From: a virus
Taxonomy: Duplodnaviria; Caudoviricetes
Reading direction: 5' to 3' (one strand)
Virus record (IMG/VR): IMGVR_UViG_3300049712_000017
Location: 1 to 35,670 of that record
DNA length: 35,670 nucleotides
Part shown: one piece after another, positions 1 through 9,817 of the stretch
Numbering within the stretch: position 1 is the first letter of the stretch
Layout: every line of letters starts with the position of its first letter
Translations under genes and position numbers: made by a program
The notes under the pieces: model-generated
Databases searched by the model: none
The model's input: the letters and a program-made list of their open reading frames with translations, nothing else
What the model was told of the DNA's origin: nothing

Positions 1-487
1 TCCTAATGCGGTCCAACTGAGTGTGAACAGCCTGAACCCTCTCGGGCAATATAAGACCTGACGGGAGCACGCCCCTTGTTGCTTGGTTGAAAACTCTGCT
101 ATCTTGCCTAGATGCATCACCAATGCCAAGATATTGAGTACCCCTTGGAGTTCTCCCGCCAGGACGGCGTACAGCAGCAGCCTCAGCCTTTAAGGCGCGA
201 GTTAGTTCTTCGTATGCTGCCTTTAAACGAGAGTCTGCGCCTGCGACTCCACCGAAACGATCTACAACCTGTCTACCGGCGCTTACAAGCGTCCCACGCG
301 TTCCCTCTAGACGCTGTGAAGCCGCTGCTGGATTTAATGTCCCTGCCTTCTGCGCCTTAAAGAAATCCTGGCGCAATTCAGCCATAGCCCGCTTACCCAG
401 GTCTTGCAGCAACTTAAGTTGCTGTATAGCCTGACTAACGTTAGCCGTAACCTCTAAGTTCAGATGTTCTTGACGGCCCGCTGGCAT
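1..487 (-). CDS. Tape measure protein, N-terminal part (runs off the window)
   Basis: Not in the ORF track. ATG at 487 abuts the previous stop and the frame is open to base 1: MPAGRQEHLNLEVTANVSQAIQQLKLLQDLGKRAMAELRQ..., helical and Ala/Gln-rich. It lies directly after the frameshifted tail chaperones, the canonical tape measure position. Confidence 0.8.
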   Translation of the reverse strand, partial: MPAGRQEHLNLEVTANVSQAIQQLKLLQDLGKRAMAELRQDFFKAQKAGTLNPAAASQRLEGTRGTLVSAGRQVVDRFGGVAGADSRLKAAYEELTRALKAEAAAVRRPGGRTPRGTQYLGIGDASRQDSRVFNQATRGVLPSGLILPERVQAVHTQLDRIR

Positions 488-829
488 TTACCTGCCTCGC
501 CCCTTACTATACTCGTTCTGCATCATCTCTGGTGATTCATCATCGTCAGAATCTATGTTGAATTTTTCTTTTCTCTTACGATCAAGTTCTTTAAACCATT
601 CAACCAGTTCGTGATCTAAGTGCCACGTCCATTTTGGTGGTCTTTCTTCGTTAGTTAAGTTTTCATACCATCCAAGAATCGTATAACCTTGTTCTATAGC
701 CACTACCAAATCATATGGAACGTCTTCTATGGTCTTCGCTTCTCGGGGCCACAATGTTTGTGCTCCCCCACTTTCCTTTGCTTGTCTGCACAGGCTCAGG
801 AAGGTGGAGTCCCCTCCTAGTCTTTTCCC
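488..829 (-). CDS. Tail assembly chaperone, frameshifted C-terminal extension (lambda gpGT-like)
   Basis: The -1 frame is open from the slippery site GGGAAAA (829-823): RLGGDSTFLSLCRQAKESGGAQTLWPREAK..., continuing into ORF 488..754. Confidence 0.8.
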   Translation of the reverse strand, partial: GKRLGGDSTFLSLCRQAKESGGAQTLWPREAKTIEDVPYDLVVAIEQGYTILGWYENLTNEERPPKWTWHLDHELVEWFKELDRKRKEKFNIDSDDDESPEMMQNEYSKGRGR

Positions 830-1620
830 TCAGAAACCGGTACCTCTAATTCTTCATATGCCTGCAACAGCACTCCGAACACTTCGTTAGGCAACTCATC
901 TACTTCATCCAAGTTAGAGAAATAACGAACCTTATGGTTCTCAGGCTCCCTGCAAGAATAGAAGACCTGGCATCTACGAAGTTCCTTCATCCACTCCATG
1001 TCAGCCTGAATGTCGATCATCCTTGTAAGAACCTTCTGACGCAACTCATCATCAGTATAAATTTCATGCTGCACCATCAGGTCTTCCTTGACCTCAACCA
1101 TTCGCTCATCAATCGAGGAACGAAACTTCTCCAACTCAGAGCGCACCTTAATGACTTCTGGATCATCAGGAAACTCCACCATCTTGGATTCCAGTCCACC
1201 GATCCATGCATCCCGCAAACCTTCTAGGTATCCGTCCTTACTCCACTCGTCAGACTCAGCCAGTTCAGACTCAGCAGACATTTCCGCCTTGTATAACTGC
1301 TCTGCTATGGCGTACTGAATGAGGTCTTCCCTCTCAGGAATATCATCTACATCAGAAACTAAAGACATATATTCAGGGTCATCCGACCCCTTGCGCATAG
1401 CAAGAATTCTCGCCCTCGCTGCATTAGCCTGCTTCATGGCATTAGAATGATCAATTGGATTTAACTTCTGCACCCACACCTTGACAGGTGGCTCAGCGTT
1501 ACCATTGTCATCCACCGCACCATCATCAAACTCAACTTCTTTGCCGACCACATATAGGTCCGAAAGACGCCTTCTACTCTTAGCCATTTTGCTCCTATAA
1601 CCCTTTGACCTTTCGGTCAC
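817..1620 (-). CDS. Tail assembly chaperone (lambda gpG-like)
   Basis: Acidic 267 aa ORF between the tail tube and tape measure genes, ending GAG GGA AAA GAC TAG. Confidence 0.8.
   Translation of the reverse strand: MTERSKGYRSKMAKSRRRLSDLYVVGKEVEFDDGAVDDNGNAEPPVKVWVQKLNPIDHSNAMKQANAARARILAMRKGSDDPEYMSLVSDVDDIPEREDLIQYAIAEQLYKAEMSAESELAESDEWSKDGYLEGLRDAWIGGLESKMVEFPDDPEVIKVRSELEKFRSSIDERMVEVKEDLMVQHEIYTDDELRQKVLTRMIDIQADMEWMKELRRCQVFYSCREPENHKVRYFSNLDEVDELPNEVFGVLLQAYEELEVPVSEGKD
823..829 (-). other. Programmed -1 ribosomal frameshift slippery sequence G GGA AAA
   Basis: X XXY YYZ heptamer one codon before the stop; the -1 frame joins the downstream ORF. Confidence 0.85.
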
Positions 1621-1648
1621 CTAATATATCTTCGACAGTTTAGCATGT

Positions 1649-1683
1649 AAAATACAAGAACCCCCGGCCAAGCCGAGGGTTCT
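1649..1683 (-). terminator. Rho-independent terminator after the major tail protein gene
   Basis: Minus strand AGAACCCTCGGC-TTG-GCCGGGGGTTCT-TGTATTTT, with a G-U pair on the minus strand. Confidence 0.75.
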
Positions 1684-1703
1684 CGCTATTATGGTTGGAT
1701 TTC

Positions 1704-2888
1704 TTATCGCTCGCCTCTATAGACCAGCAAGTTTCCACCATCAGACTCCCAATCGAAGGTAACAGTCAACTTCTCCTGAACCCTTCCCTGGATAGCAGGA
1801 ACAGTAAATCTGGCATCCTCAACGTAGAATGTCTTAAGACGGGCACCAGTGTCAGGATTACTAATTCTAACTTCCAAGTCTAGAGGAATGCTGGTGAACG
1901 GACCAATTACCTGTCCGGCAGAAACGTTAGCAACCTCACGAATTCTTTCGAACAGTTCAGTTGGGTTCTGAGGCTTTAGAACGATGTTACCCGTTACCTC
2001 AGGAACGTCATAGTCAGAAGAAACGAAGTGATAGTTACCAAACTCTTCGTCATTCTCAAGATTCACTCGCCAGTTAATTTCTGCAGACTGAACGCTTGCC
2101 CACCTTCCAAGGCTTACATCGCCAACGTAAACATCAATGTCCTTACCACGAACAGCAGCAGGCTTGACAGAAACGCCCTGGTGGACAGCCTGGTTGTATG
2201 TTGCTGCGGCTGCCGAACCATAGATGACCTTGATGATCGCACCCGTTGGAGGGGCAACGGTCAAAGTAACAGCAGTGGCCGTGTCGGTGTAGTCCACCCC
2301 ATGGAACAGGCGCTTGTAGGTACCATCTGGCATCGTGTAGCATACGCCTAGAGCGTAAATTGTCTCACCGTTCTCATTGTACGGTAGAGCCGTATTAGCG
2401 AGGGTGTAAGGACCAGTACCAGCAAGAGCGAACTCCTGGTAGTACGGGGTTCCTGGTACATAGTAAATCGAGTCACCCCTGAACGTAAACGCCTGGGTAG
2501 CATTCTGACGCAGACCGAACCTATAAGATGCACTCTCTAGAGTAAGATACGGCAACGCAACACCACGAACAGTAGTGAATAGATTGGCGTTCTTGTACGG
2601 TGAAATCATGTCAAGAGGGACAGCCCTCTTTAGGTCGATGAAGTCGCCATCATTGACAGTAGTAGGATCGCTGTCAACAATAAGTGCTTCAATCTCAGTT
2701 GAAACGTCGAAACTCTCAAGATCGAATGAAAGATCAGGAATGTCACGAACCGTGGCTACCGTCTGGTAATTACCAAGTTCATAAATCTTTTCCTGAGGAA
2801 TGTTCAGGCTTGAGACTCCACCAGTCTGAATACGGTCCACAATGAACCCGTATGCATCATGTAGAATCTGACCACTTCGAATAGCCAT
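1704..2888 (-). CDS. Major tail (tube) protein
   Basis: 394 aa, beta-rich, strong RBS (GGAGGG), followed by a terminator, immediately upstream of the tail chaperones. Confidence 0.75.
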   Translation of the reverse strand: MAIRSGQILHDAYGFIVDRIQTGGVSSLNIPQEKIYELGNYQTVATVRDIPDLSFDLESFDVSTEIEALIVDSDPTTVNDGDFIDLKRAVPLDMISPYKNANLFTTVRGVALPYLTLESASYRFGLRQNATQAFTFRGDSIYYVPGTPYYQEFALAGTGPYTLANTALPYNENGETIYALGVCYTMPDGTYKRLFHGVDYTDTATAVTLTVAPPTGAIIKVIYGSAAAATYNQAVHQGVSVKPAAVRGKDIDVYVGDVSLGRWASVQSAEINWRVNLENDEEFGNYHFVSSDYDVPEVTGNIVLKPQNPTELFERIREVANVSAGQVIGPFTSIPLDLEVRISNPDTGARLKTFYVEDARFTVPAIQGRVQEKLTVTFDWESDGGNLLVYRGER

Positions 2889-2979
2889 AGATATTTAACC
2901 CTCCGTGCGTATGATTGCTATTTCCATTCGCACGAATAATATACTATTCATGCACCTGTCATACTGCATCCTATAGGGA

Positions 2980-3006
2980 ATATCGGCAGAACAAGAGTCT
3001 ATTTTA
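2980..3006 (-). promoter_or_regulatory. Sigma-28 (FliA/WhiG)-like promoter, TAAA-N15-GCCGATAT
   Basis: Near-perfect match to the TAAA-N15-GCCGATAA consensus, upstream of the major tail gene. Confidence 0.6.
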
Positions 3007-3864
3007 CTTTGCTTTAGCCTGGATTCTTCGTGCCACCGGGCCTCTGTTCTTTGTCCTAGCCATTCGTGACCAATTTTGATACATCTTTAGGTATTCCTGT
3101 GGCAATGCTCTAGCCATTTCTTCTACGCCTGCATCCAAGAAATTTCTAGCCCTTGTTCCTTGAGTTGGGATATTTGCCACCTTGCCGGTTGGGAAGAACT
3201 TATCTACAGAGAATCCACCACCCGTTTTGTTGCTTCTAAAAGAACCACCAGCAGTTCTCCAATATCCTTCTGGCATCAAAATATTAGGGCTAGCAAAACC
3301 CTGAGAACGCAATGTAAAGTTTGCACCACCAGCAAGCCGAACAGCATGGGTGCCACCCTGTCTGCCTGCCCTGGGACCAGCACCGAAGTTCAACCTACCC
3401 CAATGTCGGGCTTCTTTGTTCAGCCGTGTAATATTACCGTATGCAATACCGTTAGCAGACGCTAGAACAAAATCGGGATCATTTAGTACGTTTCCCAATC
3501 TTCCTGTTAGTCGACTTTTAGGTCTATAACCACGTATTGCAGAGTGACCAGGGTTAAGAGTAGATTCGTACTGCTGTAGCATCGCCCGCTGTGCTCTATC
3601 AGCAACTCGCTCATGGGCGTGGGCTAATGCAGGTCGTGATCCTCTTAGATTGCTCAAGAAAACTGCTTCTAATTCCTGAGAAGCCTGCTTACCTACAGTA
3701 TCAGCAATAGACTCAATAATCTGTGGGACTATATCCGCAATAGTGGTAGTAATTCCATATGTACTAGTATTACTTACACGCTTTTGAATGTTAGTGTAGG
3801 CGCCAGGGGTTACCCGCTGGCCCTGTCTAATACGTTCAGAAGACCTACTATTGAATGTCACCAT
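3004..3864 (-). CDS. Putative neck/tail-completion protein
   Basis: Basic 286 aa protein in the connector cluster; C-terminal 'PTQGTRARNFLDAGV' resembles the HK97 gp10-like motif. Confidence 0.45.
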   Translation of the reverse strand: MVTFNSRSSERIRQGQRVTPGAYTNIQKRVSNTSTYGITTTIADIVPQIIESIADTVGKQASQELEAVFLSNLRGSRPALAHAHERVADRAQRAMLQQYESTLNPGHSAIRGYRPKSRLTGRLGNVLNDPDFVLASANGIAYGNITRLNKEARHWGRLNFGAGPRAGRQGGTHAVRLAGGANFTLRSQGFASPNILMPEGYWRTAGGSFRSNKTGGGFSVDKFFPTGKVANIPTQGTRARNFLDAGVEEMARALPQEYLKMYQNWSRMARTKNRGPVARRIQAKAK

Positions 3865-4111
3865 TAGTTATGTAATCGTATATCTTCTCGATCTTATCAA
3901 GGTACAACTCGTTGTATGACCCACCTGATTCCAGGCAATCGGCTGCAAGGGCGTACAGGTCGTTAATCTGATCCAGTATCACCTTTCGCAACTTGTTACT
4001 AACCTGATCAGGTAAATACTGGTCACACTCATTGTCTTTTACACCTAAGATCGTAGCGATCACCCTATCTCGCCTTCTTGCCAGAAGGTCAAGTAAAACT
4101 CCCTGTTCCAT
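3848..4111 (-). CDS. Hypothetical protein
   Basis: 87 aa ORF in the operon, overlapping the next gene. Confidence 0.6.
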   Translation of the reverse strand: MEQGVLLDLLARRRDRVIATILGVKDNECDQYLPDQVSNKLRKVILDQINDLYALAADCLESGGSYNELYLDKIEKIYDYITNGDIQ

Positions 4112-4119
4112 ACTACCCC

Positions 4120-4647
4120 TTATGCGTCGTTTTCATTACCGTAGAAATCGACTACCGTAAACCTACAAGTATACCAATACTTTTGCCATCCATTAGGGAA
4201 TCCGCGCCCTTTATCAACAACCACATCTTCTATTTCACACGTACCTATGGATACAGCAGGGGTCTGTGATAGATCGACTATCTCCAAGACCGGATATGTC
4301 CTGCTTATAGACGGCATCCTACCTTCTAAGATGGCCTTTACGTCGTTGATCAGATGGACACCCAACGAACGGTTCTCGGCATAGAAATCTACGTAAAAGG
4401 TCCAAGAATGCGATGCATAGTTCGAACCCATTTCCTCATCTTCTGAATCTAGGTCTTCATCAGATAGCGCCAATGTGTTGATTGGAACCTCTGTTGCTTC
4501 CTCATCCACGGGATCAGGGGTGAAGTTAATCGGCTTGTGTTCCCTAGCGGAATCAAACCAGCCCAACTCGTCCAAAGACGAGTAAAGCATGTTATACAGA
4601 TTGTCTAAAACAAGTCTAGCCCTGAATCCACCTACATACGTTGTCAT
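4120..4647 (-). CDS. Putative tail terminator protein
   Basis: Acidic 175 aa protein in the connector cluster upstream of the tail tube; TAATG coupling. Confidence 0.5.
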   Translation of the reverse strand: MTTYVGGFRARLVLDNLYNMLYSSLDELGWFDSAREHKPINFTPDPVDEEATEVPINTLALSDEDLDSEDEEMGSNYASHSWTFYVDFYAENRSLGVHLINDVKAILEGRMPSISRTYPVLEIVDLSQTPAVSIGTCEIEDVVVDKGRGFPNGWQKYWYTCRFTVVDFYGNENDA

Positions 4648-5087
4648 TATCCCTCATCCTGTGCAGTTACATATATAGTATATACAGTAACACCGAACAA
4701 CCCCACCGGAGGTCCCACGAAGTTCTTTACGTAGGTATTCCCATCTAGAATTACAAAATCTGCCCCCTCCACCAAGGCATATTCCTCGTCAAGAATAGTT
4801 ATTTCAGCCTTCGCTGCCTGGAATACACCCGCAGCGGTACCAGTGTTAGTTCCTGGGAAGAACTCCACAGCCACAGGAACTTCCACGTCTGGATGAGAAG
4901 CAACAATCTCCGCAGTTTGTCCCCAATCATAAGGCTTACCCCTTGGGTCAGAAACCTCATAAGACTTATGCTCCTTCCAGCGAAAAGTGGCGCGCTCGTT
5001 AGACGCCTCTGGCTTTCCCATGTTCATAGCAAAGCGTACTGCATCCCTGAACTCCGCAGCATTGAATCCTGCATCGGTACCAGCCAT
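4647..5087 (-). CDS. Putative head-closure (stopper) protein
   Basis: 146 aa, beta-rich, follows the adaptor-like gene. Confidence 0.45.
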   Translation of the reverse strand: MAGTDAGFNAAEFRDAVRFAMNMGKPEASNERATFRWKEHKSYEVSDPRGKPYDWGQTAEIVASHPDVEVPVAVEFFPGTNTGTAAGVFQAAKAEITILDEEYALVEGADFVILDGNTYVKNFVGPPVGLFGVTVYTIYVTAQDEG

Positions 5088-5090
5088 TTA

Positions 5091-5585
5091 TTACCCCCAC
5101 CAGTAGGTCATGCCCTCGGTCATCGAATTAGTTCTACTGATCAGAGCATCGAAGTAATAAACCGACGTGTTGTATGTTGCCTTGAGCGACGTTAGAAGAT
5201 CGTTCTGCTTATCTCTCAGGTCCTTGAGAATTTCAGTAAGAACGTTCGCTGACTGCTGAGTCTCGTACTCAACTGGACCAGCCTTAGACCTGAATTGGGT
5301 CTTAAGGTTCATAAGGTGCCGGTAGATGATGTGATATCCAGCAAAGAAGATGATCAACTGTTGCATGTCCCTTGAGAGGTCTTCGCCTCCGACATTAATC
5401 GGAGTTACTATCCCATCTGTCTCTGAGTATTCAGAAAGAATCCCGATTTCAAGGCGAATGCGCCAGAATGCATCCGACAAGTACCCTAGCCATGCATCAT
5501 CATTGGCTGCGGGGAATAGGTCTGAACCGGGAGGATTGACTTCTCGCTTCACTGGTTCTATTAGATTTCCTAGATCAACGGCCAT
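5091..5585 (-). CDS. Putative head-tail adaptor protein
   Basis: 164 aa helical protein with 'SKAGPVEYE', like the adaptor beta-hairpin; first gene of the connector cluster. Confidence 0.5.
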   Translation of the reverse strand: MAVDLGNLIEPVKREVNPPGSDLFPAANDDAWLGYLSDAFWRIRLEIGILSEYSETDGIVTPINVGGEDLSRDMQQLIIFFAGYHIIYRHLMNLKTQFRSKAGPVEYETQQSANVLTEILKDLRDKQNDLLTSLKATYNTSVYYFDALISRTNSMTEGMTYWWG

Positions 5586-5595
5586 ATGTTACTCC

Positions 5596-5892
5596 TTACA
5601 CCAAGTCAGCCCGAAGACGTATGGTCGCGTATTCCCAAGAGGTAAAAGCGATTCCAGTTAAAGTACACTTTGCTCGATAAGCCCCAGGATCAGCCGAGGT
5701 TGTATCCCAATCGTAATACCAAAAAAGAGATGTGGCGTCATAAGCCATATCTGCATCATCTACAACAACGGTATTGTCAGAGTCATATATACTAATCTTG
5801 GCGGCAGTCACTTCTTCATCTGTTAAAGCGCGCTCGTCGTAATCCTTAGCAGAAGTTTTCACCCTGACTGTCTCACCCACAAATAGTGGCAT
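5596..5892 (-). CDS. Small Ig-like/beta-sandwich virion protein
   Basis: Pattern GETVRV...ISIYD...YYDWDT...PGAYRA, typical of small phage beta-sandwich proteins. Confidence 0.4.
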   Translation of the reverse strand: MPLFVGETVRVKTSAKDYDERALTDEEVTAAKISIYDSDNTVVVDDADMAYDATSLFWYYDWDTTSADPGAYRAKCTLTGIAFTSWEYATIRLRADLV

Positions 5893-5900
5893 ATTTCCCC

Positions 5901-7679
5901 TTAAATCACTTGTGTTAGAACTTGTGCTTGATCCAAGTTATCCGAAGCAACTCCCACACCTAGCGATTCGACTTCGATCAGCATATCTATCGTTGCCGCC
6001 TCTGTGTATATTATTCGGTTCAAAACCTCTACAGTCTGAGTTAAACCAGTCAACATAGGTTGGACTACAACACTAGACGCCTGTGCAAGCAAGTTTTTCC
6101 CGTTAAGTTGTACGTCGGGCTCTCTACCAAGAGATTCTAACTCCAACTTCATGGTGATGGATTCGACAGTAGCATCATGTTGGAACACCGCTACGATATG
6201 ATTCACTACCCAAGAAGTTACACTCTGTATAATCTCCCTTATCTTACCTGCACGCAGACTAAATGTAGATACTGTAGATAAAGTTCCTGATAGATATACA
6301 TACAGCAACTTGTAGTATAGTCCAGTTACATGTATAGAACCAGCAAGAGTCTTGATGCTCAGCCTTTGAATTGTAGAACTAGGTGAGATATGTCCTGATA
6401 TGACTTTGAAGAAGGACCTAATGAAGTTGCGGTCTATGTCTATCTCAGCAAGAAACTGCTTCTGAATGGCCCTTTCTAAGAAGCCTATAGTTTGCAAGTT
6501 TCCAGACATGAACTGCTGACCAGATTTTGCCACCTGTCCAGTTAGACCAATTACTCCCGAAAACAGCATATATCGTTGGGCTATCAAGGAAGCCAAGTTT
6601 CCTTGCAATCCTATAGTTGCGGGGAGTAATCTCATATAGACGTATATTTTTGAGAACGTCCCTGATGTAACTATGGCCGATTGCATGAACCTGCTGTAAC
6701 GACCAGTGAGAGATACCCCACCAGAAGTCCCAGCATTGCCCCCTGTGAGCCTCTGTGCGCCCTTTAACAGACTTCCAGCAGTCGTTAAGCCACCAAGGAG
6801 AGTCTTTACCTTATTCAGCCTTCTAGAGAAGGTTGCCGAACTAGCAATGGAGCCAACATAAAAAGTCCTGGCCCGCCTAACCAACTCACCAGTTCCCACA
6901 ATCTCGGCTGCAAGGGAGATGGCGAACTGTAATGCCCCAACGTACAGACCCTCTGGTACCAAAACTCCTGAGAAAGCGAGTATCGGCTTTCTGTAAAGTT
7001 GTGCCACTGCTGGCTGAACGCCATAAAGTACCTTAGTCACAAAGATAGACTTGGTGCTAGATGAGGCCAGACTCGAAAGAAATCTAACCGAAACTCTTTT
7101 AATTAGCGTTGATTGAGAAGAAATCAGAGATGTAAAGAATAATCCGAAAAGTTTCCTCATCTCTCCTGTAGGCCCCAACACCCCATATCTGTGTATGGCT
7201 GTTGACCGGGAAAGTTGCCCCGATCCCAAGATGGTTGAGGTCTTAACTAGGTTCGGAAGCCGAAGCAACTGCCCGGTTGGGACAATCGACCCAGCCGTCA
7301 GCACTCCTATACCTCGGAACAGGGAACCGCTGGACGAGATAAATCCTTCTTTGGAAAGGAGGATTCTTCTCACTAGATTAGATGAACTAGCGATAGAAGC
7401 CAACAGGTTTAAGACCACCAGACGGGTCAACACAGCAGCGGTTAACACAGAGCCAGTGATCAAACGACCTAGCGACTTTCGATTCTCTCCTGTTGGAAGA
7501 ACCGAAGACGCCATGAGCAGCCTAGCGATCTTGACTAGGTTTCCAGAAGACGGGATTCCACCAGTTAGCAGAATCGCATTGCCCAAGAGGGCAGGTCCAG
7601 TCTCCCTAAGGATTACGTCAGAGGGCGCGGCGGGACCACCAGGCATAGATTGATCATGGAGGTATACGTCGGCAGCCAC
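5901..7679 (-). CDS. Repetitive fibre-like virion protein
   Basis: 592 aa with about 19-residue periodicity (G/S-x-I-x-x-x-G-x-L-x-R/K); rich in Ser, Gly and Leu. Confidence 0.5.
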   Translation of the reverse strand: MAADVYLHDQSMPGGPAAPSDVILRETGPALLGNAILLTGGIPSSGNLVKIARLLMASSVLPTGENRKSLGRLITGSVLTAAVLTRLVVLNLLASIASSSNLVRRILLSKEGFISSSGSLFRGIGVLTAGSIVPTGQLLRLPNLVKTSTILGSGQLSRSTAIHRYGVLGPTGEMRKLFGLFFTSLISSQSTLIKRVSVRFLSSLASSSTKSIFVTKVLYGVQPAVAQLYRKPILAFSGVLVPEGLYVGALQFAISLAAEIVGTGELVRRARTFYVGSIASSATFSRRLNKVKTLLGGLTTAGSLLKGAQRLTGGNAGTSGGVSLTGRYSRFMQSAIVTSGTFSKIYVYMRLLPATIGLQGNLASLIAQRYMLFSGVIGLTGQVAKSGQQFMSGNLQTIGFLERAIQKQFLAEIDIDRNFIRSFFKVISGHISPSSTIQRLSIKTLAGSIHVTGLYYKLLYVYLSGTLSTVSTFSLRAGKIREIIQSVTSWVVNHIVAVFQHDATVESITMKLELESLGREPDVQLNGKNLLAQASSVVVQPMLTGLTQTVEVLNRIIYTEAATIDMLIEVESLGVGVASDNLDQAQVLTQVI

Positions 7680-7685
7680 ACTAGT

Positions 7686-7712
7686 TGATCGGCACTAAAC
7701 TAGACATTATTG
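7686..7712 (-). promoter_or_regulatory. Putative late promoter, CAAT-N15-GCCGATCA
   Basis: Same motif family as 2980..3006; 6 nt upstream of a GTG start with no SD. Confidence 0.5.
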
Positions 7713-9617
7713 TGGCTCAGGAGATACAAGATCACTCACTCCATGAATTTGAGGACTTACACCCGTTCTAGACAAGACATAATACTCGTACGGATCGGCT
7801 GCGTCCCTGACGAACGAGAACGATCCATCTATGTCACTTGTAGTTTCAGCAATCAAAACATCATCATCAGCCCTAAAGAGTTTTACGAGGGCACCAGAAA
7901 CAATATCGCCATCGCCATCATATGTCACACCCCGAACCTCATGAGTAGGAGTAGACAAAGGCCAATCTGGAACGCCAGCAGCCACCGGAAGATCGTCTAT
8001 AGGCAATTCGATTCTACCTGGAAGCATCAATCCTATTCCATTAACCGAATCCAACCGAACGAATATAATTCTTCGTATAAAGTCAGAAATACCAATACCG
8101 TTAACTTCATCAGATCGGAATGCTTCCAATACTCTAGAAAAACTAGTTTGCCCAATACCAAGTACAGATTCAACAGGTCGCGTGCGAACTGTCCGACTCG
8201 AAACACCAATAGAATTGGCTGTATCTTCTCGCTTTAGGATAAGGGATCGGTCAAAAGAAGTGACTCCTACTGCCTGAGTTGGTCTAACCGCTTTTACTTC
8301 TCTAGTTGAACTAGGAACTCCGGTTGCGGTAACAGAGTCGTTACGAAAAGTGGTCCATACCCTGCTAAACGAAGGAACCCCAATACCGTTGATCAGCCGA
8401 AACAGGCTCAAGGCAGCAGACTCGGTTACCTGTCCCACCCCTGACATAATTCGCAAAGGACGAAGGCGAGCAGCACGAGAAGTTGTGCCAACTGCGGTTG
8501 TTGAGACAGGAAGTTTCCTTGTCCGACGAGTAGATAAAATTTGCCCTACATGATCTACAATTCTAATTGCCCTAACAACTATAACCATTTTAGAGGTTTG
8601 TGCTATAGCATTTACCGCCTCAATAGGACGCGCCCTTGCCAAAATCTTTAGGGGTTCTCCCGTGCCGGTGCCAGACTGCGCTTCCCGACAAACCTGTTTT
8701 AGTCCTGTAGCACTATCAAAAACTATTTTGGCGTTATCGTTATCCACTCTCATAAAGTAGGTGTAAGTCGTCGTACCGGTAACTGGATTTGGTATCGTAA
8801 CCGTATTAACACCGTTCTGAATGAAAAGGACCGATCCTTGAGGGAATTCGACGTAATCAACTGTTGCTGTTCCGCTAGCAGCGGCACTGGTTACGTTAGC
8901 GTTAACCTTAGCGTAGGAAAATGTTGTACCAAAGCCGGTATTCGCCACAGCCGTAATAGTGTGAACACCGTCGAAGACGGGATCACCGATAGATACTGTG
9001 ACTAACATACCTACCTGAAATTTCGTGGCAGTTGAGGTCGTTAGCGTCGCGACGTTGCTTGTCAGCGCCTTATTAGTGACTGTACGAGTACCGCCCCAAG
9101 TAAAGGTGGCAGTGATGGTCTTATAAGTTCCCGCATCACCACCAATTGTGCTAACATTCCATGTCACTACTCCACCAGGGGAATCAGCAGCAATGAGCAC
9201 AGCGGTATTGGTAGTTAAATCCAGCGCCCATAAAGAGCAGGGCCAACCTACTTGAAAAGTAGATGTATTATCAACGCCTGTGGCTGCTTTAGTAACCGTT
9301 GCATCAAAAGTGAACGTAGCAGTTCCTGCGGGCAAAACAACATTGCACCGCGTATCATCAGTTGGTGTCACATCGCTAAGCGGAAGCGCCCAACCCTTGT
9401 TCTGGTTCACCCAAGGGTTGACAGTTGTTGTTCCTAAGGCAGTACCAGGGTCGAAACACCGAGTCTGATTATCTTGTGTGTGAGTAGCCTGTACGCTCTG
9501 TGTAGAGTCGTTAGTTCCACCATTGATATCATCTAGATTGCGAATATCAATTCCGGCTCCGGTGTCAATAGTGGTCGCGTTTCTAAGGAACAGAGTCAAC
9601 GACCTCTCTATTGTCAC
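7707..9617 (-). CDS. Large fibre/decoration-like virion protein
   Basis: 636 aa, Thr-rich. Beta N-terminal half includes 'VTNKALTSNVATLTT...FQVG...FDGVHTITAV'; about 20-aa G-x-G...S..R repeats; C-terminal carboxypeptidase-regulatory-like sandwich (VRGVTYDGDG...GALVKL...TTSDIDGSFSF). Confidence 0.55.
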   Translation of the reverse strand: MTIERSLTLFLRNATTIDTGAGIDIRNLDDINGGTNDSTQSVQATHTQDNQTRCFDPGTALGTTTVNPWVNQNKGWALPLSDVTPTDDTRCNVVLPAGTATFTFDATVTKAATGVDNTSTFQVGWPCSLWALDLTTNTAVLIAADSPGGVVTWNVSTIGGDAGTYKTITATFTWGGTRTVTNKALTSNVATLTTSTATKFQVGMLVTVSIGDPVFDGVHTITAVANTGFGTTFSYAKVNANVTSAAASGTATVDYVEFPQGSVLFIQNGVNTVTIPNPVTGTTTYTYFMRVDNDNAKIVFDSATGLKQVCREAQSGTGTGEPLKILARARPIEAVNAIAQTSKMVIVVRAIRIVDHVGQILSTRRTRKLPVSTTAVGTTSRAARLRPLRIMSGVGQVTESAALSLFRLINGIGVPSFSRVWTTFRNDSVTATGVPSSTREVKAVRPTQAVGVTSFDRSLILKREDTANSIGVSSRTVRTRPVESVLGIGQTSFSRVLEAFRSDEVNGIGISDFIRRIIFVRLDSVNGIGLMLPGRIELPIDDLPVAAGVPDWPLSTPTHEVRGVTYDGDGDIVSGALVKLFRADDDVLIAETTSDIDGSFSFVRDAADPYEYYVLSRTGVSPQIHGVSDLVSPEPQ

Positions 9618-9815
9618 TTAAACCTCCGCTGTATTCACCTGCGTTGTAGCAACAACAAGCCTTCGTGCACCTGGAACTTTAGAAGTAAAAGATACCGTCC
9701 ACCCAGGCTCTGGATTGGTTATAAGGTTCTGAATACGTTGTTCCATGATCTGGTATTCAGCAGGCGTATCCATGACGAAAGTATATGTTGAAGTAACCGT
9801 GCTCCGAACTGTCAT
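9618..9815 (-). CDS. Hypothetical virion-associated protein
   Basis: 65 aa ORF tightly packed in the operon. Confidence 0.55.
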   Translation of the reverse strand: MTVRSTVTSTYTFVMDTPAEYQIMEQRIQNLITNPEPGWTVSFTSKVPGARRLVVATTQVNTAEV

Positions 9816-9817
9816 GC

